A DNA stretch of 64,000 nucleotides from an uncultured delta proteobacterium (GTDB lineage Bacteria > Myxococcota > Myxococcia > Myxococcales > Myxococcaceae): NCBI GenBank assembly GCA_963776345.1, contig CAVZMH010000017.1:160001-224000 (forward strand). Direction: 5' to 3'. The position numbers were made by a program, and so were the translations under genes. The notes under the pieces are model-generated. The model was not told the DNA's origin and did not search any database. It worked only from the letters and a program-made list of their open reading frames with translations. This document shows, piece after piece, positions 40,520 through 54,063 of the stretch. Each line of letters begins with the position of its first letter. The first letter of the stretch is position 1.

Positions 40520-41616
40520 ATGCTCGCTCTCTCTCCTGCGCCTCCCGAGGTTCCCGGTCCGGACGGGTTGCCGCAGTTCGGCGCCTACGCCGGGGAGCTG
40601 GGGCCGGTCCACCTCGACCAGCTCGCGCCGCCGCACGCGCTCCCCGCCTGGGCGCGGCGGCTCCGCCGGAAGCGCTGGCACTACGCGCTCTACACCACGC
40701 CCGAGGTGGTGGCGGTGATGGCCATCGCCGAGATGGGCTACGCCTCGAACGCCTTCTTCGCCGCGGTGGACCTCCGGGAGAAGCAGCCGCTGATCGACGA
40801 CACGCTGCTCGGCCCTCCGGCGCCCCTGAGCGGCGTCTCCGACGCGATGTCACGCGGGCTCTCGGCCCGCTTCCGCGTCCCCGGGGCGCGGTTCCGATTC
40901 ACGCGGGGCGCGGACTCCGACCGGTACCGCCACTCGGTGGAGATCTCCGCACTCCGGCGGCCGAGGAGCGGCCGGGTGAAGTTCGAGGGCGAGGCGCGGG
41001 TGACCGGCGCTCCGCCGCCGCTCGCCCTGGTGGCGCCGGTTCCGGGAGGCCCGGGACGCGGAGCGGCGCCCTCGGCTCGGTGCTGCGGCGCGAGGGGGTG
41101 AACGTGACGCAGAAGTCCGTCGGCCTGCTCGCCTCGGGACGCCTCGAGGTCGGGCGGCGGCGGTACGCGCTCGACGGCGGGGTGGTGGGCCTCGACTCGA
41201 CCCACGGCTTCCTCGCCCGGCACACCCGCTGGCGCTGGGCGATGGGCTGCGGACGCCTCGAGGACGGCACGCCGCTCGGATTCAACCTGGTCGCGGCTTC
41301 AACGCGGTCGCTCCGGGGGCCGCGGGCGAGAACGTGCTCTTCCTCGGGCGATCAGCTCGAGCCGGTGGGCCCGGCGACGTTCCGCTTCAATGCGGCGGAC
41401 CCGCTGGACCCGTGGCAGGTGTCGACCGAGGACGGGGCGGTGCAGGTCAACTTCCGTCCGCTCCACGCCCATCGCGACGTGCGCGACCTGTTCGCGCTAC
41501 GGAGTCGCTTCATCCAGCCGCTCGGCTTCTTTGCGGGCACGTTGCGATTCCGGGGCCGGCAGATCGAGCTCACCGAGTTGCCGGGCGTCACGGAAGATCA
41601 GGACATGCTGTGGTGA
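40520..41616 (+). CDS. DUF2804 family protein; several frameshifts
   Basis: KRWHY in one frame; NVTQK, DSTHG, WRWA, FIQPLG, GVTEDQ in the next; compensating indels near 41296 and 41347. Confidence 0.75.
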
Positions 41617-41749
41617 GTGGTTCGAAATCCCCCCGGCGGGCGGCCTCGCGCTAGGGTGCGAGCCGCCGGTGCATGCGTTCCAGAGATTGGTGGCTTGCCG
41701 GCGTGGCCGCGCCCGGGGGCGGCGCCCTGAAATCCAAGGAGATTTGACA

Positions 41750-42193
41750 GTGATCAAGACGATCGCAGTGGCAACCGTTGTCGCAGCAGCGCTCCTCGTC
41801 CCGGTGGCCGCAGGGGCCAAGGACGGAGGGAAGGCGGCCGTCGTTCCAGCGGGCGACCTCAAATTCACCGAGGACGCCAAGAACCCGGGGGTGCAGGTCG
41901 CCGTGCTGTCGGGAGATCCCAAGAAGGGCGCGAGCCACCTCATCATCAAGCTTCCGGCGAACTTCTCGGCGCCGCTGCACCATCACACCTCCGACCATTA
42001 CTCGGTGGTTCTGGCGGGGACCATGGTCTTCAACTTCGATGGTCAGGACCACACCTTGCCCGCGGGCTCGTACTTCTCCTTCACCGGGAAGAAGCAGCAC
42101 ACCACCCAGTGCCACGACCCTGCGGGGTGCACGCTCTTCGTGGATACCCGCGGCAAGTGGGACGTGGTTCCGGAGAAGACCCCGAGCAAGTAG
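41750..42193 (+). CDS. Secreted cupin (DUF4437-like)
   Basis: AAGGAG RBS, signal peptide, PLHHHTSD, LPAGSY, HTTQC. Confidence 0.8.
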   Translation: MIKTIAVATVVAAALLVPVAAGAKDGGKAAVVPAGDLKFTEDAKNPGVQVAVLSGDPKKGASHLIIKLPANFSAPLHHHTSDHYSVVLAGTMVFNFDGQDHTLPAGSYFSFTGKKQHTTQCHDPAGCTLFVDTRGKWDVVPEKTPSK

Positions 42194-42340
42194 GCCTGCA
42201 AAGGGTCATCCGGCCTCTCACCGGCTCTGCCGTCGCGGCGACGAGGTGTCCGACACCTCCGCCGCGGGCTCGTCCCTCACGGGGCGAACGTTGCCGGCCG
42301 CGTCCATCACTCGATGACCCTCGTCGAGGACGGCCGGCGT

Positions 42341-44962
<2,622 letters not shown>

Positions 44963-44966
<4 letters not shown>

Positions 44967-46477
44967 GCCGCCGCCTCTCCTCGCTGGTCCTGGTCCTGCT
45001 CGCGCTCGGCTGCGCCTCGGGCCGGCCTGCCCCCTCGGTGGCAGCGGCGCCTGCCCCCACCCCCGCGCCCGACGCCTGGCGCGTCACCCAGCCCGAGGCG
45101 CTCCCGGCCGTGCCGCCGTTCAAGGCGCCGGTTCCCGTCCAGCGGGCGCTGCCGAACCGGCTCCCGGTGCTGCTTCGCGAGAACCACGCCGTGCCGGTGG
45201 TGGTGGTGGAGCTGGCGATCAAGACGGGCGTGGACGGCGATCCTCCGGACAGGCCCGGGCTCGCCGACTTCCTGGCCGCGGCGCTCGACGAGGGCACCCG
45301 GAGCCGCACCTCCGAGCAGCTCGCCGAGCAGCTCGAGGACCTCGCCGCCTCGCTCAGCGTGAGCCCGGGGCTGGACGGCATCCGCATCCACCTCAACTGC
45401 CTGTCGGACACGCTGCAGCCCGCGCTCGAGCTGCTCGCGGACGTGGCGCTCAACCCGGCGTTCCGCCCGGACGACATCGAGCGCGTGCGCGGCATCACCC
45501 TCACCGGCCTGGAGCAGCGGCGGGGCAACCCGGGCGCGCTGGCCAGCGACGAGGTGGCCCGGCTGCTCTACGGACCGCGGCACCCCTGGGGCCAGCCCGC
45601 GGGCGGAACGGCGGAGTCGGTGCGCTCCATCCGGCGGCAGGACCTGGTGCGCTTCCACGACACGTACTTCCGTCCGAACAACGCGCTGCTCTCCGTCTCG
45701 GGCGACTTCGAGCCGGCCAACATCCTCCGGCTCCTCGCCGAGCGATTCGGCGCCTGGCGACCCAAGGCCGTTCCCCCCTCGCGCCTGCCGCCGTTCCCGA
45801 AGGAGGGCACGCGCACCGTCGTCACCGTGGACATGCCGGACGGCACCCAGAGCCAGGTCGCGCTCGCCACCCGGACCCTCTCCGCGACCGCTCCCGACGC
45901 GCTCGCCCTCAGCACGGCGAGCATCGCGCTGGGCGGGCTCTTCACCAGCCGCCTCAACCAGCAGCTGCGCGAGGTCCGAGGCTGGACCTACGGGATGTTC
46001 AGCTCGGTGGGCTTCAACAAGCGGACGGGCGTGTTCCAGGTGCGGGGGTCGGTCATCGCCGCGCACACGGTCGACTCGCTCAAGGACATCGAGGCGGAGC
46101 TCCAGAAGTACGCCACCGGCGACATCACCGACGCCGAGCTGGCCCACGCCAAGGAAGGCATCCTCCAGTCGCTCCCCCAGGCGCTGGAGACCAACGACGC
46201 GGTGGCGAGCACCTTCGTCACCCTCTCGCTCATCGGACGGCCGCTGGACTGGTACGCCACCCTGCCCAAGCGTCTGGGCGTGCTCGACCGCGACGAGGTG
46301 GCGCGGGTCTCGCGCGCGTACCTGGCTCCGGCGACGCTCCCGGTGGTGGTGGTGGGACCGAAGAAGAACCAGGAGGGGCTGGCGGAGCTGCAGCTCGGAC
46401 CGCTCGTCGACCGCACCGCCGAGGCGAAGGGCCTCGCCGGCCGGCCGCCGCCGCCGTCCGTGCCCGTGGCTCGCTGA
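44963..46477 (+). CDS. M16 peptidase, non-catalytic lipoprotein subunit
   Basis: Lipobox LALGC; HxxEH replaced by DFLAA; SRLNQQLREVRGWTY. Confidence 0.88.
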
Positions 46478-46502
46478 CCGTCGGCCTTCGCTCAGCTCGG
46501 CA

Positions 46503-47222
46503 TCAGCGCTTCACCGAGTACTTGGCGATGGCGTAGAGCGCGCGGACGCCGTCCTTCCAGCCGATCTTCTTGCCCTCCTCGTACGTGCGCCCGTGGTAGC
46601 TGATGGGCACCTCGTAGACGCGGGCGCCGGCGCGGGCCACCTTGGCGGTGATCTCCGGCTCGAAGCCGAACCGGTCCTCCTCGATGGCGATGGACTGGAT
46701 GAGCTCGCGGCGGAACGCCTTGTAGCAGGTCTCCATGTCCGTCAGGTTCAGCCCGGAGGTCATGTTGGAGAGCGTGGTCAGGCCCCAGTTCACCACCGCG
46801 TGCCAGTAGTAGAGGACCCGGCGCGGGGTGCCGATGAAACGGCTGCCGTACACCACGTCCGCCACGCCATCCTGGATGGGCGCGACCAGGCGGGGAATCT
46901 CGCGCGGGTCGTACTCGAGGTCGGCGTCCTGCACCACGACCACCTCCCCGGTCGCCTCGGCGAAGCCCCGCCGAAGCGCCGCCCCCTTTCCCTGGTTCCT
47001 CTCCTGGAAGAGGACGTGGAGCGTGTTCTCGTTCGCCGGTCGCGCTCCGGGCAGCGCTGCGAGCCCGCTCTCGGCCAGGCCGGTCAAGATCTCCCGGCTG
47101 CCGTCGGTGGAGCAGTCGTCCACCACCACCAGCTCCTTGGGCATGTCCACCGCCACCACCCGCCGGAGCAGCTCCTCGAGCGAGGTCTTCTCGTTGTAGA
47201 CCGGGATGACCAGCGAGACCAT
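46503..47222 (-). CDS. Glycosyltransferase family 2 (DPM1-like)
   Basis: VIPVYNE, VDDCSTDGS, GKGAAL, QDADLEYDP, DMETCYK. Confidence 0.93.
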   Translation of the reverse strand: MVSLVIPVYNEKTSLEELLRRVVAVDMPKELVVVDDCSTDGSREILTGLAESGLAALPGARPANENTLHVLFQERNQGKGAALRRGFAEATGEVVVVQDADLEYDPREIPRLVAPIQDGVADVVYGSRFIGTPRRVLYYWHAVVNWGLTTLSNMTSGLNLTDMETCYKAFRRELIQSIAIEEDRFGFEPEITAKVARAGARVYEVPISYHGRTYEEGKKIGWKDGVRALYAIAKYSVKR

Positions 47223-47239
47223 CGCTGGCCCCATAGCAG

Positions 47240-48127
47240 ATGAACGAACCCCGGTGGCTCTCCGCGCAGTTTCCGTATCCCCCGGACACGGAACCCGTTC
47301 CCGGTGGGACGATGGCCTGGGTGGAGTCCGGGCGCGGCCGGGACGTGGTCTGCGTCCACGGAAACCCCACCTGGGGCTTCGTCTGGCGGCGGGTCATGGC
47401 GGCGCTGGAGGGACAGCGCCTCCACGTCCTCGCGCCGGACCTCCTCGGCTGCGGCCGCAGCAGCAAGCCGCAGGCGGTGGGGTGGCACACGCTCGACCGC
47501 CACGCCGGAGCTCTGGCCGCCTGGATGGAGGCCCGCCGGCTGGTGGACCCCATCCTGGTGGTCCAGGACTGGGGCGGGCCCATCGGACTTCTCGCCGCGT
47601 CCCGTGCGGCCTCGGTGCGCGTGTCCGCGGTGTGCCTGCTGAACACCGCGGTGGTGTTGCCGGAGCGCTTCCGGGGCACCCGCTTCCACCGGCTCGCTCG
47701 CACCCGGCTGCTCGCCCCGGTGCTCTTCCGCGGGCTGGGCTTTCCCCTCCGCTCGCTCCACCGGACGCAGGGGGATCGCCGCTCCATCTCCGGTGACGTG
47801 GCCCGGGCGTACCGCTGGCCCTTCCGGAGGTGGGTGGACCGCGCCGCCCCGCTCGGCCTCGCGCGCATGGTCCCGGACTCGCCCGAGCACTCCAGCGTGC
47901 CCGGCCTTCGCGCGGTGGACGCGTGGGTCCGCGCCTTCCCGGGGCCCGTCGAGCTGGTGTGGGGACGCGCCGACCCCATCCTGGGGCGGGCGCTGCGGCG
48001 GCACGCCGAGCAGCTTCCACGCGCCCGGGTGACCGAAACGGAGGCCGGGCACTTCCTCCAGGAGGAGGTCCCGGAGATCATCGCCCGCAGCATCCGGCGG
48101 CTGGCCGGGATGCAGGAGGCTCCGTGA
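47240..48127 (+). CDS. Alpha/beta hydrolase, haloalkane dehalogenase/OleB-like
   Basis: HGNPTW, QDWGG (Asp nucleophile), GHFLQEE. Confidence 0.88.
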   Translation: MNEPRWLSAQFPYPPDTEPVPGGTMAWVESGRGRDVVCVHGNPTWGFVWRRVMAALEGQRLHVLAPDLLGCGRSSKPQAVGWHTLDRHAGALAAWMEARRLVDPILVVQDWGGPIGLLAASRAASVRVSAVCLLNTAVVLPERFRGTRFHRLARTRLLAPVLFRGLGFPLRSLHRTQGDRRSISGDVARAYRWPFRRWVDRAAPLGLARMVPDSPEHSSVPGLRAVDAWVRAFPGPVELVWGRADPILGRALRRHAEQLPRARVTETEAGHFLQEEVPEIIARSIRRLAGMQEAP

Positions 48128-48942
48128 CCCATCCGCTCGAACCGCTGGTCACCGCCGCGTACGCCGACCGCTCGCTGCTGGAGAAGCCCGGGTACCGGGA
48201 GGCGGTGCTGAAGGCGATGGCCGGGCTCGACGACGGCTCGCTGCGGGTCGCCGAGAAGGGACCCGAAGGCTGGACGGTGAACGTCTGGCTGAAGGAGGCG
48301 ATCCTTCTCTTCTTCGCCATCTCCGAGATGAAGGTCTGGGAGGTCGGGCCGTTCGAGTTCCACGACAAGCTGCCGCTCAAGAAGGACCTGGCGCGCGCAG
48401 GGGTGCGGGTGGTGCCGCCGGGCACCGTGCGCTACGGGGCGCACCTCGAGTCCGGGGCGGTGGTGATGCCCGGCTACGTCAACATCGGCGCCCGCGTGGG
48501 CGCCGGGACGATGGTGGACACCTGGGCCACCGTGGGCTCGTGCGCCCAGGTCGGCAAGGGCGTGCACCTCTCCGGCGGCGTAGGGCTGGGCGGGGTGCTC
48601 GAGCCGCCCGGGGCGCGGCCGGTCATCATCGAGGACGGCGCGTTCATCGGGAGCCGGGCCATCGTCGTCGAGGGGGTGGTGGTCGAGGAGGAGGCGGTGC
48701 TCGCGGCGAACACCGTGCTCACCGCCAGCACCCGCATCATCGACGTGACCGGCCCCGTGCCGCGCGAGTGGAAGGGCCGCGTGCCCGCGCGCAGCGTGGT
48801 CATCCCCGGGAGCGTGCCGAAGCAGTTCCCGGCCGGCACCTACGCCATCCCCTGCGCGCTGGTCATCGGGCAGCGCTCCCAGAGCACCGACCGGAAGACC
48901 TCGCTCAACCAGGCGCTCCGGGACTTCGCGGTGCCGGTGTGA
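48124..48942 (+). CDS. dapD: Tetrahydrodipicolinate N-succinyltransferase
   Basis: FHDKLP, VNIGA, MVDTWATVGSCAQ, GGVLEP. Confidence 0.95.
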   Translation: MTHPLEPLVTAAYADRSLLEKPGYREAVLKAMAGLDDGSLRVAEKGPEGWTVNVWLKEAILLFFAISEMKVWEVGPFEFHDKLPLKKDLARAGVRVVPPGTVRYGAHLESGAVVMPGYVNIGARVGAGTMVDTWATVGSCAQVGKGVHLSGGVGLGGVLEPPGARPVIIEDGAFIGSRAIVVEGVVVEEEAVLAANTVLTASTRIIDVTGPVPREWKGRVPARSVVIPGSVPKQFPAGTYAIPCALVIGQRSQSTDRKTSLNQALRDFAVPV

Positions 48943-50045
48943 GCGCGGACCTCCTCGCCGAGGTGGGCGCCGAGCCCGACGCGGCGAGCCTCGGGCGCCG
49001 GGCGCTGGCGCTCTGTGCCATCCCCAGCCCCATCGGGCACGAGGCGGCGCTGGCGGATGCGGTCACCGCCTGGGCGAGCCACGTCTACGACGCGGGAGAG
49101 GTGGTGCGGATCGGGCACTCGTTCGTCCTCGGCCGTCGCGACGACCCGCGCCCGGCGGTGGGACTGGTCGGTCACCTGGACACCGTGCCCGCCAGGCCCG
49201 GCGAGGCGGCCCCGCGTCTGGAGGGAGCGCGGCTCCACGGCCTCGGCAGCTCGGACATGAAGGGCGGCGTGGCGGTGATGATGGCGCTGGCGGAGACGCT
49301 GGAGCTCGACGCGCTGCCGGTCAATCCCCTGCTGGTCCTGTACGAGCGTGAGGAGGGCCCGTACCTCGAGTCGGGGCTCGGGCCGCTGTTCGAGTCGGTG
49401 CCGGCGCTGCGGCGGCTCGCGTTCGGCGTCGCGCTCGAGCCGACCGACGGGGTGGTGCAGGTGGGCTGCGTGGGCTCGCTGCACGCCACGGCGCGCTTCC
49501 ACGGCCGCGCTGCGCATGCCGCCCGTCCCTGGCAGGGGGTGAACGCGATTCACCTCGCCGGGCCGCTGCTGGCCGAGCTGCTGGGCCGCCCGCCGCGGGA
49601 GGTGGAGCGCGGGGGGTTCGTCTTTCGCGAGGTGACCTCGGCCACCCTGGCCTCCGGCGGGCGGGCGCGGAACGTGGTGCCGGACACCTTCGAGGTGAAC
49701 CTCAACGTGCGGTTCGCGCCGGGCCGGACGCCGGAGGAGGCGGAGGCCGAGCTGCGGGCGTGGATCGGCGACCGGGCCGAGGTGACGGTGACCGACCGTG
49801 CGCCGTCCGGGCCGGTGTGCACGGCGAATCCGCTCTACCGGAAGCTGCTCCAGAGCACCGGGCTGCGCGCCGAGCCCAAGCAGGCCTGGACCGACGTGGC
49901 CCGCTTCGGGGCCATGGGCATCGACGCGGTGAACTACGGGCCCGGCGAGACGGCCCAGGCGCACCAGGCGGGCGAGAGCGCCAGCGTGCTCGCGCTGGAG
50001 GAGGCGTACCGGAAGCTGCGGGCGTTCCTCACCGCGCCGGGCTGA
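48939..50045 (+). CDS. dapE: Succinyl-diaminopimelate desuccinylase (M20)
   Basis: GHLDTVP, DMKGG, REE, HAARPW, WTDV, GPG, AH; follows dapD. Confidence 0.88.
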   Translation: MSADLLAEVGAEPDAASLGRRALALCAIPSPIGHEAALADAVTAWASHVYDAGEVVRIGHSFVLGRRDDPRPAVGLVGHLDTVPARPGEAAPRLEGARLHGLGSSDMKGGVAVMMALAETLELDALPVNPLLVLYEREEGPYLESGLGPLFESVPALRRLAFGVALEPTDGVVQVGCVGSLHATARFHGRAAHAARPWQGVNAIHLAGPLLAELLGRPPREVERGGFVFREVTSATLASGGRARNVVPDTFEVNLNVRFAPGRTPEEAEAELRAWIGDRAEVTVTDRAPSGPVCTANPLYRKLLQSTGLRAEPKQAWTDVARFGAMGIDAVNYGPGETAQAHQAGESASVLALEEAYRKLRAFLTAPG

Positions 50046-50262
50046 GCAGGCGGCGGATCAGGCTCGGGGTTCCGGCCGGCGTTCGGGGACCGGGCGGGCG
50101 CCTGCGCAGGCACCCGGGGGGAGCGGCCGTTCGGGCCCCGGCTGCCTCGAGGGAGGACGGGGTCGTTCCGATCTGCGGGGGGACGCCTCCAATCGTCGCT
50201 GGCCTCGGTCCCGGGCCGTGGCAGGGTGTCACGCGGGCGATTCGCAGGCGCACCACTGCGCA

Positions 50263-50300
50263 GGAAATGCACCTGACTATTTCTGGGAAATAGGCAGGTG
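50263..50300. repeat. REP-like palindromic intergenic repeat, copy 2
   Basis: ggaaatgCACCTGaCTATTTC-tgg-GAAATAGgCAGGTG. Confidence 0.75.
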
Positions 50301-50464
50301 ACTTGCCTGAGTAGTTCGGCAGCCGTGCCGCACCGACAGCCGTGCGCACCATTCGGCGCACCGTGGCCGACCCCGGCCTCAGCGGTGGAGCCGGACTCGC
50401 GTTCCGGCCACCGCCCGCTGCGACTGTGCTGGCCGGGCTCCGGTCAGGCGGGGGAGAGTCGGAC

Positions 50465-51073
50465 ATGCACACCCTCTACGGCAACTCCACCTCCGGGAAC
50501 TGCTGGAAGCCGGCGATGATGCTCCACGCCCGCGGTCTCCCGTTCCGCTGGATCGAGGTCGACATCCTCAAGGGCGAGAGCCGGACCCCCGAGTTCCTCG
50601 CCCTCAACCCGAACGGACGCGTCCCGCTGCTGGTCCTGCCCGACGGCCGCACCCTGGCCGAGTCCAACGCGATGCTGCTCCACCTGGGCGAGGGCTCGGC
50701 GTGGATCCCCCAGGACGCGTACCAGCGGGCCAAGATGTACCAGTGGCTCTTCTTCGAGCAGTACAGCCACGAGCCGTACGTCGCCACCGTCCGCTTCTGG
50801 GTGAAGTACGCCGGCAAGGCCGAGGAGAAGAAGCAGGAGATCGCCGAGCGGATGCCACGGGGGTACGCCGCGCTGGGGGTGATGGAGAAGGCGCTCGCCA
50901 GCTCGCCATTCCTGGTCGGCGAGCGGCCGACGCTGGCCGACATCGCGCTCTACGCGTACACCCACGTGGCGCCGCAGGGCGGGTTCTCGCTGGACGGTTA
51001 CCCCGGCATCCGTCGCTGGCTCGGCCGGGTCGCCGCGCTCCCCGACTTCGTGCCCATGCCGTTCCTCGGCTGA
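50465..51073 (+). CDS. Glutathione S-transferase
   Basis: SGNCWK, NPNGRVP, LAESNA, TLADIALY. Confidence 0.93.
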   Translation: MHTLYGNSTSGNCWKPAMMLHARGLPFRWIEVDILKGESRTPEFLALNPNGRVPLLVLPDGRTLAESNAMLLHLGEGSAWIPQDAYQRAKMYQWLFFEQYSHEPYVATVRFWVKYAGKAEEKKQEIAERMPRGYAALGVMEKALASSPFLVGERPTLADIALYAYTHVAPQGGFSLDGYPGIRRWLGRVAALPDFVPMPFLG

Positions 51074-51120
51074 GCTCGCCCGTTTGCGGCGGGGCTCTCC
51101 CCGGGGGAGGCTCGGGGGCT

Positions 51121-52008
51121 GTGGTCCTTCCCTGGGAGCAGCTCCGCCTGGTGCTCGCCGTCGCCCGCCACGGCGCGCTGTCCGGTGCGGCCCGGGCCCT
51201 GGGGATGGCTCCCGCCGCGCTCGACGCGGAGCTGAAGCGCGTGGAGCGCGCGGCCGGGGCGGCGCTCTTCGTCCGCGAGGACGGCCGCCTCCTCCCCACC
51301 GACGCCGGCCGGAGCGCGCTGCACACCGGTGAGCGGATGTCCGAGGAGATGGCGCGGGTGGACCGCGCCCTGCCGCAGGTCCCGCCGGGCCCGCCGGTGC
51401 GCGTTCGTGTCGAGGAGACGCTCGCCGCGCAGTGGCTGCAGACCGCCGCCGCGGACCTGGCCCGGAAGCTGGGTGGCGTCACGCTCGAGCTCGTCACCGG
51501 GCGCGGCGGCAGGCGCACCGAGGTCGACCTGGAGGTGACGTCGCACCGTGCCACCGGACAGGGCGACGCGCCCCGTGTCCTCGGGGTGACGGCCGACGCG
51601 CTCTACGCCTCGGAGGCCTACCTGCTCGACCACGGACGCCCGGCCCGCGCGGATCGGCTGGTCGGACACCGCGTGGTGCTGCTCACCGGCGCGCCGGCGC
51701 GGACGGAGGCGGGCCGCTGGCTGCTCGAGGCGTCGCGCCACGGCGCCCGGGTGTCGCTCCGGACCGACAGCATCCCGGTGTTCCTCTCGGCGGTGCACGC
51801 CGGCGTCGGGCTCGGGGTGCTCCCCCGCGGCTCCGAGGAGCTCGCGCCCGAGCTCGTCCCCGTCGCCGAGCTGCCGGAGATCCCGGTCCGCCAGGTCTGG
51901 CTGCTCTTCCGCCGCGAGGGCCGTCCGTCCCCGCGGGTGCGGCGCGCGGCGCAGGTGCTCGAGCAGACGCTGGGTGCGGCGCTCCGGAGGTGGGAGCGCG
52001 GCCGCTGA
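51121..52008 (+). CDS. LysR family regulator
   Basis: WEQLRLVLAVARHGALSGAARALG HTH, LFVR, GVGLGVLP. Confidence 0.85.
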   Translation: MVLPWEQLRLVLAVARHGALSGAARALGMAPAALDAELKRVERAAGAALFVREDGRLLPTDAGRSALHTGERMSEEMARVDRALPQVPPGPPVRVRVEETLAAQWLQTAAADLARKLGGVTLELVTGRGGRRTEVDLEVTSHRATGQGDAPRVLGVTADALYASEAYLLDHGRPARADRLVGHRVVLLTGAPARTEAGRWLLEASRHGARVSLRTDSIPVFLSAVHAGVGLGVLPRGSEELAPELVPVAELPEIPVRQVWLLFRREGRPSPRVRRAAQVLEQTLGAALRRWERGR

Positions 52009-52067
52009 TCCCGGGCCTCCGCGGGACTGCTAGGCTCGCCACCTGCGTCCCCGGGGGGACATCGACC

Positions 52068-53918
52068 GTGGAAGACGCGGCCTCGACCGTCGAAGCACCG
52101 GCGCCCGCTCGGCCCGCGGAGGCGTCCACGCTCGCGGTGGTCCTGCTGGCGCTGCTCGGGTACGCGGTTCTCGCCGCGGCGCTCGTGCTTCTGGGCGCGG
52201 CGTTCGTCCTGGTGCTCCGTTTGCTGGTGACCGGGAAGCTCAACTTCCTGGCGGTCAAGCTGGTGCTGGTCCTGGTCCCGCTGGCGTGGATCATCCTCCG
52301 GTCCCTCTGGGTGCGCATCGAGCCGCCGATGGGCCTCGCGCTCGAGACCGCGGACGCCCCGCGGCTCTTCGAGCTCGTCGAGCGGGTGCGCGGCGCGCTC
52401 CGGGCTCCGCACGTCGACACCATCTTGCTCACCGAGGACCTCAACGCCGGCGTCGCCCACGTTCCCTGGCTCGGGATGTTCGGCCCGGGCCGCACGTTCC
52501 TGGTCGTCGGGCTCCCGCTGCTGCAGGGGCTCACCGAGCCACAGCTCGAGGCGGTGCTGGCGCACGAGTTCGGGCACGTCTCCGGGAAGCACACCCGCTT
52601 CGGCGCCTGGGTCTACCGAGCGCGGCTCACCTGGGCCCGGCTCGCCGCCCAGCTCCAGGGCTCCCGGGCGGGCGCCCCGCTGGGGGCCTTCGTCCGCTGG
52701 TACTACCCACGCTTCGACGCCGCGTCGCTGGTCGTCGCCCGCGCGCAGGAGCTGCAGGCGGACCGCGAGTCGGCCGCGTTCGCCGGTGCGCGGACGGCCG
52801 CTGATGCGCTCATCGCCACCCAGCTCCAGGGACGGCTGCTCGGTGAGCGGTTCTGGAGCGAGCTCGCCCGGAGGAACGCCAGCGTCCCCGAGCCGCCCGC
52901 CGCGCTCTTCGCCGAAACGCGCGCGCTGCTCACCGGAGGCCTCGCGCCCGAGCTCGCCACCCGCTGGGTCCGTCACGCGCTCGCCGAGACCGAGGACCCG
53001 GCCGACACCCACCCTCCGCTCTCCGAGCGGCTCCGCCACCTGGGCCAGACCGAGCGCGTCCCGCCCCCGGGCCCGCCCGCGAGCCAGACCCTGCTCGGGA
53101 CGTCCGAGGCGCGGCTCGAGCAGGCCCTGGGGCGGTGGTGGTCCGAGCGCGCCACGGAGGGCTGGCAGGACCGCCACCAGTCGCTGGAGAAGCAGCGGCG
53201 CCGGCTGCGAGAGCTCGAGGAGACGCTCGCCGGCGGGGCGCTGCCGGTGGACGACGCCTGGCAGCGGGCGGACCTGGTGGAGGACTTCCGCGGCGAGGCC
53301 GAGGCTCTCCCCCTCTTCGAGGAGGTGCTGGCGCGCGCTCCGGACCACGCCCGGGCACACCTGAGCGTGGGACGAATCCTCGTGCTGCGAGACGACCCGG
53401 TGGCCCTCCCTCACCTCGAACGCGCGGCCCAGCTCGACCGTCGGCTCGAGGGCGTCGCCTGTGAGCTGCTGACGTTCTACTGGACCGGGCAAGGCCGGCC
53501 CGAGGAGGCGCAGGTCGCCCGGAGCCGGCTGGAGCGCTGGGGGCGCCTTGCCGAGGAGGCCCGGGCCGAGCGTTCCGCCCTCGGCCCCGGCGACCCGCTC
53601 GCCCCGCACGGCCTCGATCCGGAGGCGCTGGCCCGGCTCGGCAGGACGCTCGAGCGCTTCCCGGCGATCCACGAGGCCTGGCTGGTGAGGAAGGTGCTGC
53701 GTCACTTCCCCGAGGATCCGCTGTTCGTCCTGGCCGTCCGCGCCGGAGCGGTCTGGGCGCTGAACGACGTCCAGAAGGCACAGCAGCTCGTCCAGCAGCT
53801 CCTGCCCGAGCTGCAGCTGCCCGGCGGGGTCGTGGTGGTGGATCTCTTCACCCAGGGCGCCCTCGCGGAGCGCGTGCGCGGCTCCGCCGGGTCGGCGGCA
53901 TACCGGCGCGCCGGCTAG
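52068..53918 (+). CDS. M48 family membrane metallopeptidase with C-terminal TPR region
   Basis: Two TMs, LNA, LAHEFGH, QELQAD, DTHPPLSER; start uncertain. Confidence 0.88.
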   Translation: MEDAASTVEAPAPARPAEASTLAVVLLALLGYAVLAAALVLLGAAFVLVLRLLVTGKLNFLAVKLVLVLVPLAWIILRSLWVRIEPPMGLALETADAPRLFELVERVRGALRAPHVDTILLTEDLNAGVAHVPWLGMFGPGRTFLVVGLPLLQGLTEPQLEAVLAHEFGHVSGKHTRFGAWVYRARLTWARLAAQLQGSRAGAPLGAFVRWYYPRFDAASLVVARAQELQADRESAAFAGARTAADALIATQLQGRLLGERFWSELARRNASVPEPPAALFAETRALLTGGLAPELATRWVRHALAETEDPADTHPPLSERLRHLGQTERVPPPGPPASQTLLGTSEARLEQALGRWWSERATEGWQDRHQSLEKQRRRLRELEETLAGGALPVDDAWQRADLVEDFRGEAEALPLFEEVLARAPDHARAHLSVGRILVLRDDPVALPHLERAAQLDRRLEGVACELLTFYWTGQGRPEEAQVARSRLERWGRLAEEARAERSALGPGDPLAPHGLDPEALARLGRTLERFPAIHEAWLVRKVLRHFPEDPLFVLAVRAGAVWALNDVQKAQQLVQQLLPELQLPGGVVVVDLFTQGALAERVRGSAGSAAYRRAG

Positions 53919-54063
53919 GCGGCCCCCTCCTTCCTGCTCCCGGCCCTGGCCCGGCGCCAGCGGTCCCTGCCGCGGCCCCGAGTCGCGTCGACCCCTCCGT
54001 TGCCCCTCCTCCGGGGTGCGTGCTACGCCCACCAGTTGCGCGGAGAGACAGGTCGGAACCGTC

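Noticed and set aside
35490..41350. Programmed ribosomal frameshifting in the split genes
   Set aside because: No slippery heptamers seen, unrelated gene families, and the spatial clustering favours sequence error
41619..41630. GGTTCGAAATCC resembling a tRNA T-arm or attachment site
   Set aside because: Extra base, no cloverleaf or CCA, and no integrase nearby
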